Notes: generated by a model from the sequence alone, not told the origin. A stretch of 25,201 nucleotides of DNA from Octopus sinensis (GCF_006345805.1 NW_021836217.1:1-25201), one strand, 5' to 3'. Shown: positions 1-10,613, counted from the stretch's first letter. Made by a program: numbers and translations.

Positions 1-406
1 TTTTTTATTTGTGATTTTATATACAATTGTCTTTTTTTTCTCCTCATTCAGTATGTGCTGAGGTATGTGTAGAAGAGTTTTTCCGTTTTGATTTGTAATA
101 AGGTTTCTGCAATCTTTAATCTGTTGTGTGTAGTAAACGAAACTTTTGTTACCTTTTCTTTTATCGCCTCGGCGAAGTTTGTTGTTGCTTTGTTATTGTG
201 TTACTGTTGATGTTGATGGCAGGGGTGTGGGTGTAGGTTTGTGGTTGCTGATTATGCAACTAGCAAGGGGTGGAAAATTGCCTGCGTAATTTAGTCCTGC
301 ATTAGCGCAAAATTTCGGCATTTCGTTGCTTGTCGTCGTTATTTTTTCACTTGTTGGTGATGGAGTGAGCAGTGGTTGAAGGGAATTGTTGTTGTCGTCG
401 TCGTCG

Positions 407-447
<41 letters not shown>

Positions 448-834
448 ATTGTCGTTCTTGGTGACGGCGGTGGTGTTAGTAGTATTAGTAGCATTGACGG
501 CACGGTCTTTGGTGGCGGTGATGGTGATGTTGGTATTGTTATTGGTGGCGACGTCTTTAGTAGGGATAGCAGTTTTAGTAGCAGATTCTGCCATGGTGTT
601 GTTGTCGGTGTTGGTGGTGGTGGTGGACTCACTGATGGTGTTGACGGTGCTTGGCCTTGCGACCTTTGTTTTGTATTTGTTGCTGTTGTCGATGTTGATG
701 GTGGCGGAGTTGTCAGGTTCAGCGTATGCTAACAGAGCATCCTGTTTTTCTGCCTCTGCGTCACGGTTGACTTGCACCTCAGCCTCGTGGTGACCAGTGC
801 CATTTTGGAAATAAAAGGGGCTAAATGAAACCAC
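1..834 (-). pseudogene. Low-complexity T/N-rich reading frame with frameshifted continuation; possibly a decayed retroelement ORF1-like region
   Basis: The 213-aa frame 193..834 contains an (AAC)n tract. Downstream minus frames read ...TNFAEAIKEKVTKVSF...IAETLLQIKTE and KTLLHIPQHILNEEKKKTIVYKITNK across frameshifts. No diagnostic domain recognised. Confidence 0.25.
385..447. repeat. (GTT)n/(GTC)n trinucleotide microsatellite
   Basis: Direct reading; explains the poly-V, poly-L, poly-N and poly-T ORFs. Confidence 0.95.
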
Positions 835-1029
835 GAAGGCTATGAGATTTTTTTTCTTTTAAATTTTGCCCACAAGGGGCAAAATTTTGTGTAGATATTT
901 ATCAAAGGTTTACAGTGGATGTTGTTGTACAACTTTTAAGCACAAAATGTTTGTCAATATACACTTTTAAATGGTCAAAATAAATGATTACCTTCGGAGC
1001 TGAAACGACATCACATCCGTCAGAGAGAT

Positions 1030-1138
<109 letters not shown>

Positions 1139-1730
1139 CTGCAGGCGTGGCTATGTTGTAAGAAGTATACTTCCAAACTACATGGCTTCTGTTTCAGTTT
1201 CTCTGCGTAGCATCTTGGGCAAGTATCTCTTACTATATCCCCGAGCCGACCAAACCCAAGTGAGTGGATTTGGCAGCCCGGATCTTAAAGAAAGCCTGTT
1301 GGCGTGTCGTAGATATATAAGCCGGCTTATGATAGAGTGTGACAAGACCGACCACTTTGAAATACAGACACTACCCGTTTTTGCCAGCTGAGTGGATTGG
1401 AACAACGAGAAATAAAGTGTCTCGCCCAAGGACACAACGTGTCGCCTGGAATTGAACTCACGACCTTACGATTCGTGAGCCGAATGCTCTAACCACTAAG
1501 CCACGTGCCTTCACTATTATATATGTGTGTGCATGTATATATAGATATACACACTCACACACACAGATATATGTGTGGGTGCATGTGTCTTTGTTTGGCT
1601 TTGCCCCCACAACCGTTTCACAACCGTTGCTGGTTTATTTTCTTCCTCATAACCCCGTTGAAAGAAATAACAAATCAAGTACCAAACTGAAAATAACTAA
1701 GTACCAGGGTCTCTTCATTCGACTAAAACA
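1139..1730 (+). mobile_element. tRNA-derived SINE family B (degenerate), interrupted by a family C SINE
   Basis: Head GCAGGCGTGGCTATGTTGTAAGAAG...CTTGGGCAAGT...GTGAGTGGATTTGG, central TA/TG tract, 3' part ...AAGTACC...TTCGACTAAAA. Similar to copies at 3191, 6380-7227 and 18816. Confidence 0.7.
1325..1513 (-). mobile_element. tRNA-derived SINE family C
   Basis: Reverse complement GTGAAGGCACGTGGCTTAGTGGTTAGAGC (A box)...GAGTTCAATTCC (B box)...TTGTGTCCTTGGGCGAGACACTT; homologous to the copy at 12268. Confidence 0.8.
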
Positions 1731-2137
1731 GTGATGCATCTATTAATATCAGCGATGTCGACTATTTATTTGACAGTCATGTCTGCCAATAAAATTTCAC
1801 CAGCGCAGCATACTTCATCCTCTTTCACTCGAAAGACCGCCTCAGGACGGTCTTTCCAGGGAGACAGATTTCTAACAGAAACACCTGCTTCGATGCTTCC
1901 GCGATCATTACCTTGTCTGGACTTAGCACTGTTGAGCCGATTAGCTTCTGGGTAGTTCAGCTGCTTTCGCAGGATAACATGCCGCTCTCAGTCTTACGCC
2001 ATTTATAGTAGACTTGAAGAGGTTAAGCTCACAGCTCGAATTATCTTTACAACAGGTTTGTGGACTTGGTCATGACTCTAGCGCAAGTGCCTGTCGCCTA
2101 GGTCTTTCTGACAGCTAATGTGAAAATACGGATTATC

Positions 2138-2303
2138 TAGTCGATTTCATCGATCCCAGGGTTCAACCGGTACTGATTTATCGACTACAAAAGCATGAAA
2201 GGAAAAGTCGACCTCAGTAGAATTTGAACTCGGAACGTAAATACTAACGAAATGGCGCAAAGCATTTCACCCGGCGGACTAACGATTCTGCCAGCTCGCC
2301 GTC
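2138..2303 (-). mobile_element. SINE family A
   Basis: Reverse complement of GGCGAGCTGGCAGAATCGTTAG...GAGTTCAAATTC...GAGGTCGACTTT. Confidence 0.85.
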
Positions 2304-2329
2304 TGGACACTGACTTTAATTATAATGAT

Positions 2330-2532
2330 TTTAAAATTTGGGCCAACAGATTTGGGTAAGGGTCAAGTTGATTATATTGACCCCAGTGTTCAACTGGTGA
2401 TTAATTTATCGGCCCCCGAAATGATGAAAGGTAAAGTCGACCTCGGCGGAATTTGAACTCAGAACATAAAAACGGACGAAATGCCGCAAAGCATTTTACC
2501 CGGCGTGTTAACTATTCTGCCAGCTCACCACC
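2330..2532 (-). mobile_element. SINE family A
   Basis: Same consensus, in tandem with the previous copy. Confidence 0.85.
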
Positions 2533-2844
2533 TGGACACAGATTTTAATTACAATGCCATTAGTATTAATTGCTATAACCCTGACAATAACTTTAATTGT
2601 AATTGTAATATAACACTAAGCGTAATTATAATTACTTTAATTAAAATTGCAATACCAATAACACTGATTACAATTGAAACCTATCTTGTACATCATTGCC
2701 ACCAAAGGCTATTGGCATCTTACATTTATGGTCACGTGCGCAATCATGTGACCATCCTGAATCCTGTCTATGATGTCATACACCCAACCTGTTTTTTCAA
2801 TGATCGTTTTAATAATTTGGTGCTTTCTCCTTTTCAGTGCGTAT

Positions 2845-3153
2845 GTTAGTTAGTTAGTTAGTTAATTTGGCTCAAAAGCAAATAGCAAGGCCATGTAGGG
2901 GGACATGGAGTTAAGTACAGGGTGGTGTTCATGTAAAGAGTTCAGGCCACTTGAGGTCCAGGGAGGCTTTGAACAAAGCGGTCGTCGGCATCTTTACCAT
3001 CTCGTCTGGCAGCTTGTTCCACGGATCCGCAACCCGGACGGAGAAAGCTCCTCTCCTTCGATTGAGATGAAATCGTCGCAGGTAGAGCTTTTCGGAATGA
3101 CCCCGCAGCCGACGCTCTGGAGCAGGAGTGAAGAACAGCTCTTTCGAGAGGTT
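2845..3153 (-). mobile_element. 5'-truncated CR1-group LINE: ORF2 C-terminus, 3' UTR and (TAAC)n tail
   Basis: Minus frame 3153..2929 reads NLSKELFFTPAPERRLRGHSEKLYLRRFHLNRRRGAFSVRVADPWNKLPDEMVKMPTTALFKASLDLKWPELFT*. This carries the LRGH..KL / FS.RV...WN.LP / FK..LD pattern of CR1-type ORF2 ends. GTTA repeats at 2845-2864 are the tail. Confidence 0.88.
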
Positions 3154-3190
3154 TCACTTCGATATTTCCTTCTCCCAGATCTGGGTTAAC

Positions 3191-3766
3191 AGGCGAAGGC
3201 ATGGCAGTGTGGTAAGAACCTTGCTTCGCAATGATAGGAAGAGCCGACATTGAAGGATCAAAAAGCGACGTCGCTGCGAACGCTTGGCCGCCACAAGCCA
3301 GTTATCCATGTGGTAACTTTTCTGACACCTCTCGGCGGAGGCATAGCTCGCCGCTGTTCTGAAAAGATCACGGTGCCAGGTTCAACATCGCTACGAGGCA
3401 CCTTGGGGAAGTGTCTTCTACTATGGCTTCGGTCCGATCAAAGCCTTGTAAGTGGATTTGGTAGATGGAGAGTGAAAGACGCCCGCCATATATATATATA
3501 TATATTATATATCTATATACAGCTTTGTGAAGAGTTTTACAGATTTAATTAAAGTACATATGTATGTATGCATGCATGCATGTATGAATGTGTCGTTGTG
3601 TCAGTATTTGCCCCACCCCCCACCGCCACTACCACCACCACCACCACGTCCACTGATTGACAATTGGTGTTGGAATGTTTACATGCCCGCAACCTAGCGC
3701 TTCGGCATAAGAAAGCGACAAAATAAGTACCAGGAATGAAACCAAAAAATATACAGGGGTCGATTC
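3191..3766 (+). mobile_element. SINE family B carrying a 28S rRNA insertion in its head
   Basis: GGCATGGCAGTGTGGTAAGAACCTTGCTTC [insert] CACGGTGCCAGGTTCAAC...GGCACCTTGGGGAAGTGTCTTCTACTAT...GTGGATTTGGTAGA, then an internal microsatellite and the 3' part ending AATAAGTACC...GGGGTCGATTC. Confidence 0.8.
3222..3369 (-). rRNA. Dispersed 28S (LSU) rRNA fragment from domain V, peptidyl-transferase region; non-functional
   Basis: Reverse complement reads GAGGTGTCAGAAAAGTTACCACATGGATAACTGGCTTGTGGCGGCCAAGCGTTCGCAGCGACGTCGCTTTTTGATCCTTCAATGTCGGCTCTTCCTATCATTGCGAAGCA, near-identical to the conserved eukaryotic 28S sequence over 3222-3331. Extension to 3369 is less certain. Confidence 0.92.
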
Positions 3767-3776
3767 AGTAGGCTAG

Positions 3777-4940
3777 AAGTTCACCGTCTCCAATCAACCA
3801 CAGAGAAAGTTCACCGTCATCAATCAACCACAGAGAAAGTTCACCGTCATCAATCAACCGCAGAGAAAGCTCACCGTCATTAATCAACCGCAGAGAACGT
3901 TCACCGTCATCAATCAACCGCAGAGAAAATTCCCCGTCATCAATCAACCACAGAGAAAGTTCACCGTCTCCAATCAACCACAGAGAAAGTTCACCGTCAT
4001 CAATCAACCGCAGAGAAAGCTCACCGTCATTAATCAACCGCAGAGAACGTTCACCGTCATCAATCAACCGCAGAGAAAATTCCCCGTCATCAATCAACCA
4101 CAGAGAAAGTTTACCGTTATCAATCAACCGCAGAGAAAATTCATCGTCATCAATCAACCACAGAGAAAGTTCACCGTCATCAATCAACCGCAGAGAAAGT
4201 TCACCATCATTAATCAACCGCAGAGAACGTTCACCGTCATCAATCAACCGCAGAGAAAGTTCACCGTCATCAATCAACCGCAGAGAAAGTTCACCGTCAT
4301 CAATCAACCGCAGAGAAAGTTCACCGTCATTAATCAACCGCAGAGAAAGTTCACCGTCATCAATCAACCACAGAGAAAGTTCACCGTCATCAATCAATCA
4401 ACCACAGAGAAAGTTCACCGTCATCAATCAATCAACCGCAGAGAAAGTTCACCGTCATCAATCAACCGCAGAGAAAGTTCACCGTCATTAATCAACCGCA
4501 GAGAAAGTTCACCGTCATCAATCAACCACAGAGAAAGTTCACTGTCATCAATCAACCGCAGAGAAAGTTCATCGTCATCAATCAGCCGCAGTGAAAATTT
4601 CACCGTCATCAATCAACCGTAATGAATGTTCACCGTCATCAATCAACCGCAGAGAAAGTTCCCCGTCATCAATCAACCGTAATGAATGTTCACCGTCATC
4701 AATCAACCGCAGAGAAAGTTTACCGTCATCAATCAACCACAGAGAAAGTTCACCGTCATCAATCAGCCGCAGTGAAAATTTCACCGTCATCAATCAACCG
4801 TAATGAATGTTCACCGTCATCAATCAACCGCAGAGAAAGTTCACCGTCATCAATCAACCGCAGAGAAAGTTCACCGTCATCAATCAACCGCAGAGAAAGT
4901 TCACCGTCATCAATCAACCGCAGAGAAAGTTCACCGTCAT
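3777..4940. repeat. 30-bp minisatellite, about 38 copies (TCACCGTCATCAATCAACCGCAGAGAAAGT)
   Basis: Direct head-to-tail units with point variants, two +4 (CAAT) units and two +1 units; no spacers. Confidence 0.98.
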
Positions 4941-5086
4941 CGGTTCACCGTTTTGTTATATTTCTATAAAATAGATTTTAACTATGAATGGTGAGATGCT
5001 ATGGATATATTTTCTCGGTGAACTTTCCCCATGGTCATCTTTCTTTTTTCACGGTGAATTGATGGCGGTGAACTTACCTGTAATCG
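4941..5086. mobile_element. Probable end of a non-autonomous inverted-repeat element, with inverted copies of the minisatellite motif
   Basis: CGGTGAACTTTC (5016-5027) and CGGTGAATTGATGGCGGTGAACTT (5052-5075) are reverse complements of parts of the array unit. Confidence 0.55.
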
Positions 5087-5362
5087 TTACATATAATCGA
5101 AAACTCTAAATGCTTATCACCTGCTGAATTGATTTTCCGCCGACTTTAGTCTATCGTCGCTGGTTGTCTCAAAGATTATTGTTTATTAATAGCAGGTGAT
5201 TTTTCCTTTGTTGCAGCTTAAAAGGTAAAGTGGGGGAGAATACGTCTTTTTTGATATTTATCGGAAGCAATTAATTTACTTAGAAACAATTATGTTCTTG
5301 ATAGTCATACCTTTTATAGCGAGGATTTCGAAATCGATTAATTCCTTTAATATTAGAAGCTC

Positions 5363-6286
5363 AAGGCGGCGAGTTGGCAGAAAGGTTAGCACGCCGGGCG
5401 AAATGCTTCGTCCGTTCTGAGTTCAAATTCTGCTGTGGGCGACTTTGCCGTTCATCCTTTCGGGGTCGATAAATTAAGTACCAGTTGCGTACTGGGGTCG
5501 ATCCAATCGACTAGCCCCTCTCCCCAAAATTTCAGATCTTGTAACAAGAACAGAAAAGAATGGTTAACACGCCGCGTGAAATGCTTAGCGGTGTTTCGTC
5601 TGTCTTTACGTTCTGAGTTCAAATTCCGCCGAGGTCGAGTTTACTTTTCATCCTTTCGGGGTCGATAAATTAAGTACCGCTTGCGTACTGGGGTCGATCA
5701 GATCGACTGGCCGCCTCCCCACTTCAGATTTCAGGTCTTGTGACTAGAGCAGAAAAGAAAGGTTAGCACGCCGGGCGAAATGCTTAGCGGTGTTTCGTCT
5801 CTCTTTACGTTCTGAGTTCAAATTCCGCCGGGGTCGATAAATTTAGTAGCAGTTGCGTACTGGGATCGATCCAATTGAATAGCCTCTTTCTCCAAAATTT
5901 CGGATCTTGTAACTAGAGCAGAAAAGAAAGGTTAGCACGCCGGGCGAAATGCTTTTGCGTTCTGAGTTCAAATTCCACCGAGGTCGACTTTGCCTTTCAT
6001 CCTTTCGGGGTCGATTAAATAAGTACCAGTTACGCACTGGGGTTGATATAATCGACTTAATCCCTTTGTCTGTCCTTGTTTGTCCTCTCTGTGTTTAGCC
6101 CCCTGTGGGTAGTAAAGAAATAGGTATTCGCCTGTCTTTACCTTATGAGTTCAAATTCCGCCTAGGTCGAATTTGCCTTTCATCCTCTGGGGATCTGTAA
6201 AATAAGTATCAATTAAACAGTGGGATCGATGTTATCGACCTATCTCCTGTCTCGAAATTGCTGGCCTTCGGTCAAAATTTGAAACT
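5363..6286 (+). mobile_element. Head-to-tail array of about 5 SINE family A units
   Basis: Units restart at GGTTAGCACGCCG near 5384, 5562, 5761 and 5930, and at GGTATTCG near 6123; each has GAGTTCAAATTC. Confidence 0.88.
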
Positions 6287-6379
6287 GATAATTACTATAC
6301 CGATAAAAGTAATTATAGTTTTAATATTTTAGGCTAATTATAATTATTGCAGCAATGATACTAATTATAATTACGATGT

Positions 6380-7227
6380 TCTTTTATCTGTTTGTTTCAT
6401 GCTGGAGCACCGCCTTAAAGAGCTTTTAGTCGAAGAAATCACCCTCAGGACTTATTCTTTGTGTGCCTAGTACTTTTGCCAAGCGATGGTGGGGGATAAA
6501 CCAAGACATAAAACACACACATATACAGAGTAATTCAAAAGTCTCCATACATAGGAAATTCTTTTTTTTTTATAAGAAACAGTTTATAAGATCCCCTAGA
6601 TCCCCTGATCTGACCCCTCTTGATTTCTATCTTTGGGGGCATTTGAAAGGCATGGTACATCGCGAAAAGATAAAAAAAACATAAATCATTTGAAGGAATG
6701 CATCACCAACTCCTTTGCACACGTATCACCAGATGTGCTATTATGAGTTCACTATGAGTGGGGTAAATGTATTGCAATGTGTATTCAAAACAATGGTAAC
6801 CATATACAGCTTGTTAAATAAAATAAAAAACTGTTGTTATAAACTGTTTCTTATAAAAAAAAATAAATTGTTCCTATGTATGGCAACTTTTGAATCACCC
6901 TATATATATATATCGAGAGTATGAGAAGTAGTGGTGTCAAGAAGACCCAAAGATGTCAGGTAATATTGAGTAAGTGCTATGTACAGACTATAGTTAAGCT
7001 CCAGGTTCGATGATGATACGATTGAGGAGTCCAACGTAGGTCGTACATATATATATATATATATATAGGACGGGATTCTTTCTCTTTCCGTCCATCAAAC
7101 CCACTTATAAGGATTTGGTCAACCCGAGGCTATAGTAGAAGACACTTTCCCATGGTACCGAGCAGTGAGACTGAACCCGGAACCATGTGGCTGGGAAGCA
7201 AGCTGCTTATCACACAGTCACGCCTGC
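6380..7227 (-). mobile_element. SINE family B (minus strand) split by a Tc1/mariner-type insertion
   Basis: 3' part at 6380-6520 (ATGCTGGAGCACCGCC...AGTCGA...GGACTTATTCTTTG); head at 7068-7227 (reverse complement GCAGGCGTGACTGTGTGATAAGCAGCTTGCTTCCCAGCCACATGGTTCCGGGTTCAG). Confidence 0.75.
6526..6902 (+). mobile_element. Internally deleted IS630/Tc1/mariner-superfamily transposon with both TIRs and a transposase C-terminal remnant
   Basis: Left TIR CAGAGTAATTCAAAAGTCTCCATACATAGGAA versus right reverse complement TAGGGTGATTCAAAAGTTGCCATACATAGGAA, flanked by TA. Peptide PRSPDLTPLDFYLWGHLKGMVH, then frameshifted NHLKECITNSF...EWGKCIAMCIQNNGNHI. Confidence 0.9.
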
Positions 7228-7463
7228 TGATACTAATACTAATATAACATAAAGGATATGTATATATTAACAACAACTCGCTAGGGTTCTAATCACACCA
7301 ATTGTAATTTTAATCTAATAATAGTAATTAGAATAACAATACTGCATAATTATAATTATAGTACCGAAGACACTAATTATAATTATAATCATAATTATAG
7401 TAACACTAATTGTTGTTTTGATTATAAATAGTTATGAACTTTGAGCGAACGTGAAATAATTAA

Positions 7464-7643
7464 TTTTTAACGGTCTAACACGAAGGAGATAAAGCAATAA
7501 GTAATAGCGTGTAAATATCGGCTTTTAACCTTTGGATAGAAAAAGTCAAATGCTTCGACTTTTTTTATCCAAGGGATCTTTAAGCCTAATAGCTTCATGC
7601 TATTGTTTATAGCTTTATCTACTTCGAGGTTAACCGTTAAAAA
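7464..7643. repeat. About 180-bp imperfect palindrome (fold-back, MITE-like)
   Basis: Arms TTTTTAACGG...GATAAAGC...AATAGC...TTGGATAGAAAAAGTC and GACTTTTTTTATCCAA...GCTATT...GCTTTATC...CCGTTAAAAA. Confidence 0.85.
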
Positions 7644-7675
7644 CGAATTATAACATTAATAGTATGTATGTATCA

Positions 7676-7736
7676 GGAAACTGAAAAAAGCCCGTCTTAT
7701 ATATGTGTATATATATATATATGTGTGTGTGTGTGT

Positions 7737-7780
<44 letters not shown>

Positions 7781-7935
7781 CGTATATGTTTGTGTGTCTG
7801 TGTTTGTCCTCCTCTTTCTTGAGTAACGCTGCGATGGACTGGCGTCCCGTGCAGCTGGCGGGGGGGGGGAGGAACACATACGCCACAGAAACCAGGAAAC
7901 CGAGCCCATGAGCCTGGCTAGGCTTGAAAAGGGGC
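7676..7935 (+). mobile_element. SINE family B middle fragment with (TG)n, joined to another SINE-like 3' segment
   Basis: GGAAACTGAAAAAAGCCCGTC-(TA/TG)n-TGTTTGTCC followed by CTGCGATGGACTGGCGTCCCGT...AGAAACCAGGAAACCG. Confidence 0.55.
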
Positions 7936-8747
7936 GACGTTTATCGTTTTTTATATTCCACAATCCTACTTTATTCGTCTGAATATAACGTTCGGCCAAA
8001 GACTGAATAACCAAGCCATGTGACTAATTGATTCTTCGTATCCTCTTATCATTCACTGTTACTGTTTAGGAAATTCTATCTTTGATACAGGCGAAACGTT
8101 CCAATAGATTATATTTCTTTAACTGTTGCAACACTTAGATTGTTATCTTACTGAAAACGTTCCACTTTCTCTCATTCTTCCTTTCTATATTGCTGTTTCC
8201 CCAAACAGTGTTCGTACATTCGTTGATATAGTTGTGGCTTAACTATTCTTAGTCAATATTCTGTATGCTGGAGTGTGATTTTTGTGGAAATTTGCTATTT
8301 CCTAATTTTGTTTACTTTTCTTGCCTGATGTGAGATTTAGATTTTCAATGTTTATAGATTTAAATGGATCTATTTTCGTAGTATTTTTGTTGCTTGTATT
8401 CTTGATTATGGATTATGTTTTATTACTATTTCTCATAACATTTATTCTTACGAATATAACTTCTTAAAATTAGCTTGTTTGTTTGGATCGAAACTTTTAG
8501 ATCAGAGATATTTACTCTCCAGATATCATGTTTGTTCATTGCGGTCCTCCCTTTACTATGTTAAATTGTAGCTGTAAAATATGTATGATGTATGGAGACA
8601 TATTACCCTCATATTCATTTAAGATTCCCTCGTTTAGTTTGTAAGAATATCTGCCACAAAGTTGAACCTTTTTATGTAAATACCCCTAGTTTTTAAACGA
8701 GAAGAGTTTCTCTCCTTTTTGGTTGTTGTTATTATTATTGTTGTTAA

Positions 8748-8960
8748 GGCGGTGAGCTGGCAAAATTGTTAGCCCACCGGGCAAAATGCTTAGCGATATT
8801 TCGTCCGTCTTTGCGTTCTGAATTCAAATTCCGCTGGGGTTGACTTTGCCTCTGATGCTTTTGGGTCGATAAATTAAGTACCAGTGACATACTGGGGTCG
8901 ACGTAATCGTCTAGTCCCCCCACACACAAAATTTCAGGCTTTGTTCCTTTGATAAAAAGA
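8748..8960 (+). mobile_element. SINE family A
   Basis: GGCGGTGAGCTGGCAAAATTGTTAGC...AATTCAAATTCCGC...TAAGTACCAG. Confidence 0.85.
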
Positions 8961-8982
8961 TTATTATTGTTGTTGGTGTTAG

Positions 8983-9195
8983 GGAGGCGAGCAGGCAGAA
9001 TCGTTAGCACGTCGGACAATGTGCTTAGCGACATTTCATCTGTCTGCACGCTCAGGGTTCAAATGCCGCCGAGGGCGACTTTTCCTTTTATCCTTTCAGG
9101 CTCGAAAAAATAAGTACCAGCTGATTATTGGGGTTGTTGTAATTGACAAACACCCTCCCACAAAATTCCCGGCCTTGTGCTTAAGAGAAGATTAT
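8983..9195 (+). mobile_element. SINE family A
   Basis: GGAGGCGAGCAGGCAGAATCGTTAGCACG...GGTTCAAATGCCGCCGAGG. Confidence 0.83.
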
Positions 9196-10305
9196 TAATG
9201 TTGTTTTGCTTAGTTCGTACTAAGTCATCGAGTAGGCGCGTGTTCACATTGAAGTCCAGCCGTGATAATTTAAACTCATACGATGTCCATTGTTCATTTT
9301 CCTCTTTAAAGACATTAGATACATGATTCGAATGAGATTTGGCTGTTCTTTCTTGCAGGCCTAGTGACTACGTTGTTCTTTCTCGTCGGCTCCTTCATGT
9401 CTCGTAATGCCGTATTGCGCAACCTCTAACTAACGTACTTTTTATGCATTATATATCAAATTCAAATAACACCTCCCTCATATAACCTTTGGTACAATAC
9501 TACAGGCTTCCATGATATTGTTTGTCAATGTTTTAGACTTTATCTCCTCGTCAATCGACTTCTCTTTGACTCATATTCAGTCATAAAAAATGCCGATTAT
9601 TTTCATTTTGTTTTCACTCTTCATTCCACGTTTATGCCATGTTTTTTTTAATTTATTTTATAACATTCTACTTCTCATTATTTTCTCTCACCATGTTGGC
9701 ATTTATATACTTTCCTACCTACGCACCATTTGAATTTCAAGTATTTTCCCATCTACCAATACTCATATTTGTCATTAAATTATTAAACTACTCATATTTT
9801 GACTGTTTCTGTTTAAATATCTCTTTCCTATTTGCTAAACAATTCTACAAACACAGGTTAATAACAAATAATAACATTATACCAGTTTTGTTCCTATTCA
9901 TCGTTACATAGAATTACATCACATAAAATTTCTCAGCATCTAAATTTGGATTAATATCTTTTATTGATAATTTTCCTATATTTCTAGCTAATATAAATTG
10001 GCTTCGCTTCCAACAGATCAACTTAAAACCAGAACTGCTACAGCTAATCTATTAATGCCTGTGGCTTTGTTACCTATGGATAATTCCATCCTAAATACAC
10101 ATCAAAAACTGTCTTCTCGTTGATTTGTTGATTTTCTTTTCTTTCTTTTAAGCTTCATACTGTTTTTATTTTATTTTATTTTCATATAATTATAGCTAAT
10201 GATCCATATTCTAACCTTTATGCCTCTATCTAACGTCATATTTACTAAAGCAAAGCAAATACACGTAGCAAAACAAAAAGGCCCAAAGGACGTTCACATA
10301 CTGCG

Positions 10306-10520
10306 AAGGTGGGGAACCGGTAGAACAGTTAGTACGCCGGAAAAATGTTCAGCGACATTTCTTGTGGCTTTTTATGTTCTGGTTTCAAATTCCACCGAAG
10401 TGCACTTTACTTTCCATCATTTCGAAGATGATGAATTAAAGTACCTGTTAAACACTGGGGTTCGTGTAATCGACAAACACCATTCACTACAATGTCAACC
10501 CTTGTAGCTATTGTAAAGAG
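10306..10520 (+). mobile_element. SINE family A, highly diverged
   Basis: GTTAGTACGCCGG...TTCAAATTCCACCGAAGTGCACTTT...AAGTACC...CACTGGGG. Confidence 0.7.
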
Positions 10521-10585
10521 AAAAAAACATTTGGTTGAGGCTTAACGGTAAAATGTTATAGAGTAAAAGTTATAAAGTAAAATAA

Positions 10586-10613
10586 TAACGTTTCGGACAA
10601 AGTCCTTCATCAT
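10586..10613 (-). ncRNA. Degenerate minimal hammerhead-ribozyme-like motif (Penelope-like element type)
   Basis: Reverse complement ATGATGA-A-GGAC-TTT-GTCC-GAAACGTTA; the first C of CUGAUGA is replaced by A. Confidence 0.45.

Noticed and set aside
1440-1513. True tRNA genes at SINE heads (also near 12268 and 13838)
   Set aside because: A and B boxes are present but I could not form a full cloverleaf, and each runs straight into a SINE body
1731-2030. Possible coding exon (74-aa ORF) in complex sequence
   Set aside because: No recognisable domain or convincing splice pair
3222-3369. Functional rRNA gene or rDNA unit
   Set aside because: Under 150 bp, with substitutions in conserved positions, embedded in a SINE and with no flanking rDNA
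2905-3552. ORFs of 94, 102 and 100 aa in the track
   Set aside because: Off-frame readings across the CR1 remnant, the SINE and the 28S fragment; the meaningful frame is minus 3153..2929
3777-4940. CRISPR array, or a repeat protein such as (LIDDGELSLR)n, (SPSSINRRES)n or (HRHQSTAEKV)n
   Set aside because: Units abut with no unique spacers and there are no cas genes. A 30-bp unit without stops leaves four frames open automatically, and the +4 and +1 indels break the frames.
7945-8520. LINE endonuclease remnant on the minus strand (ISTNVRTL)
   Set aside because: Only one short motif among many stops; not supportable without a search
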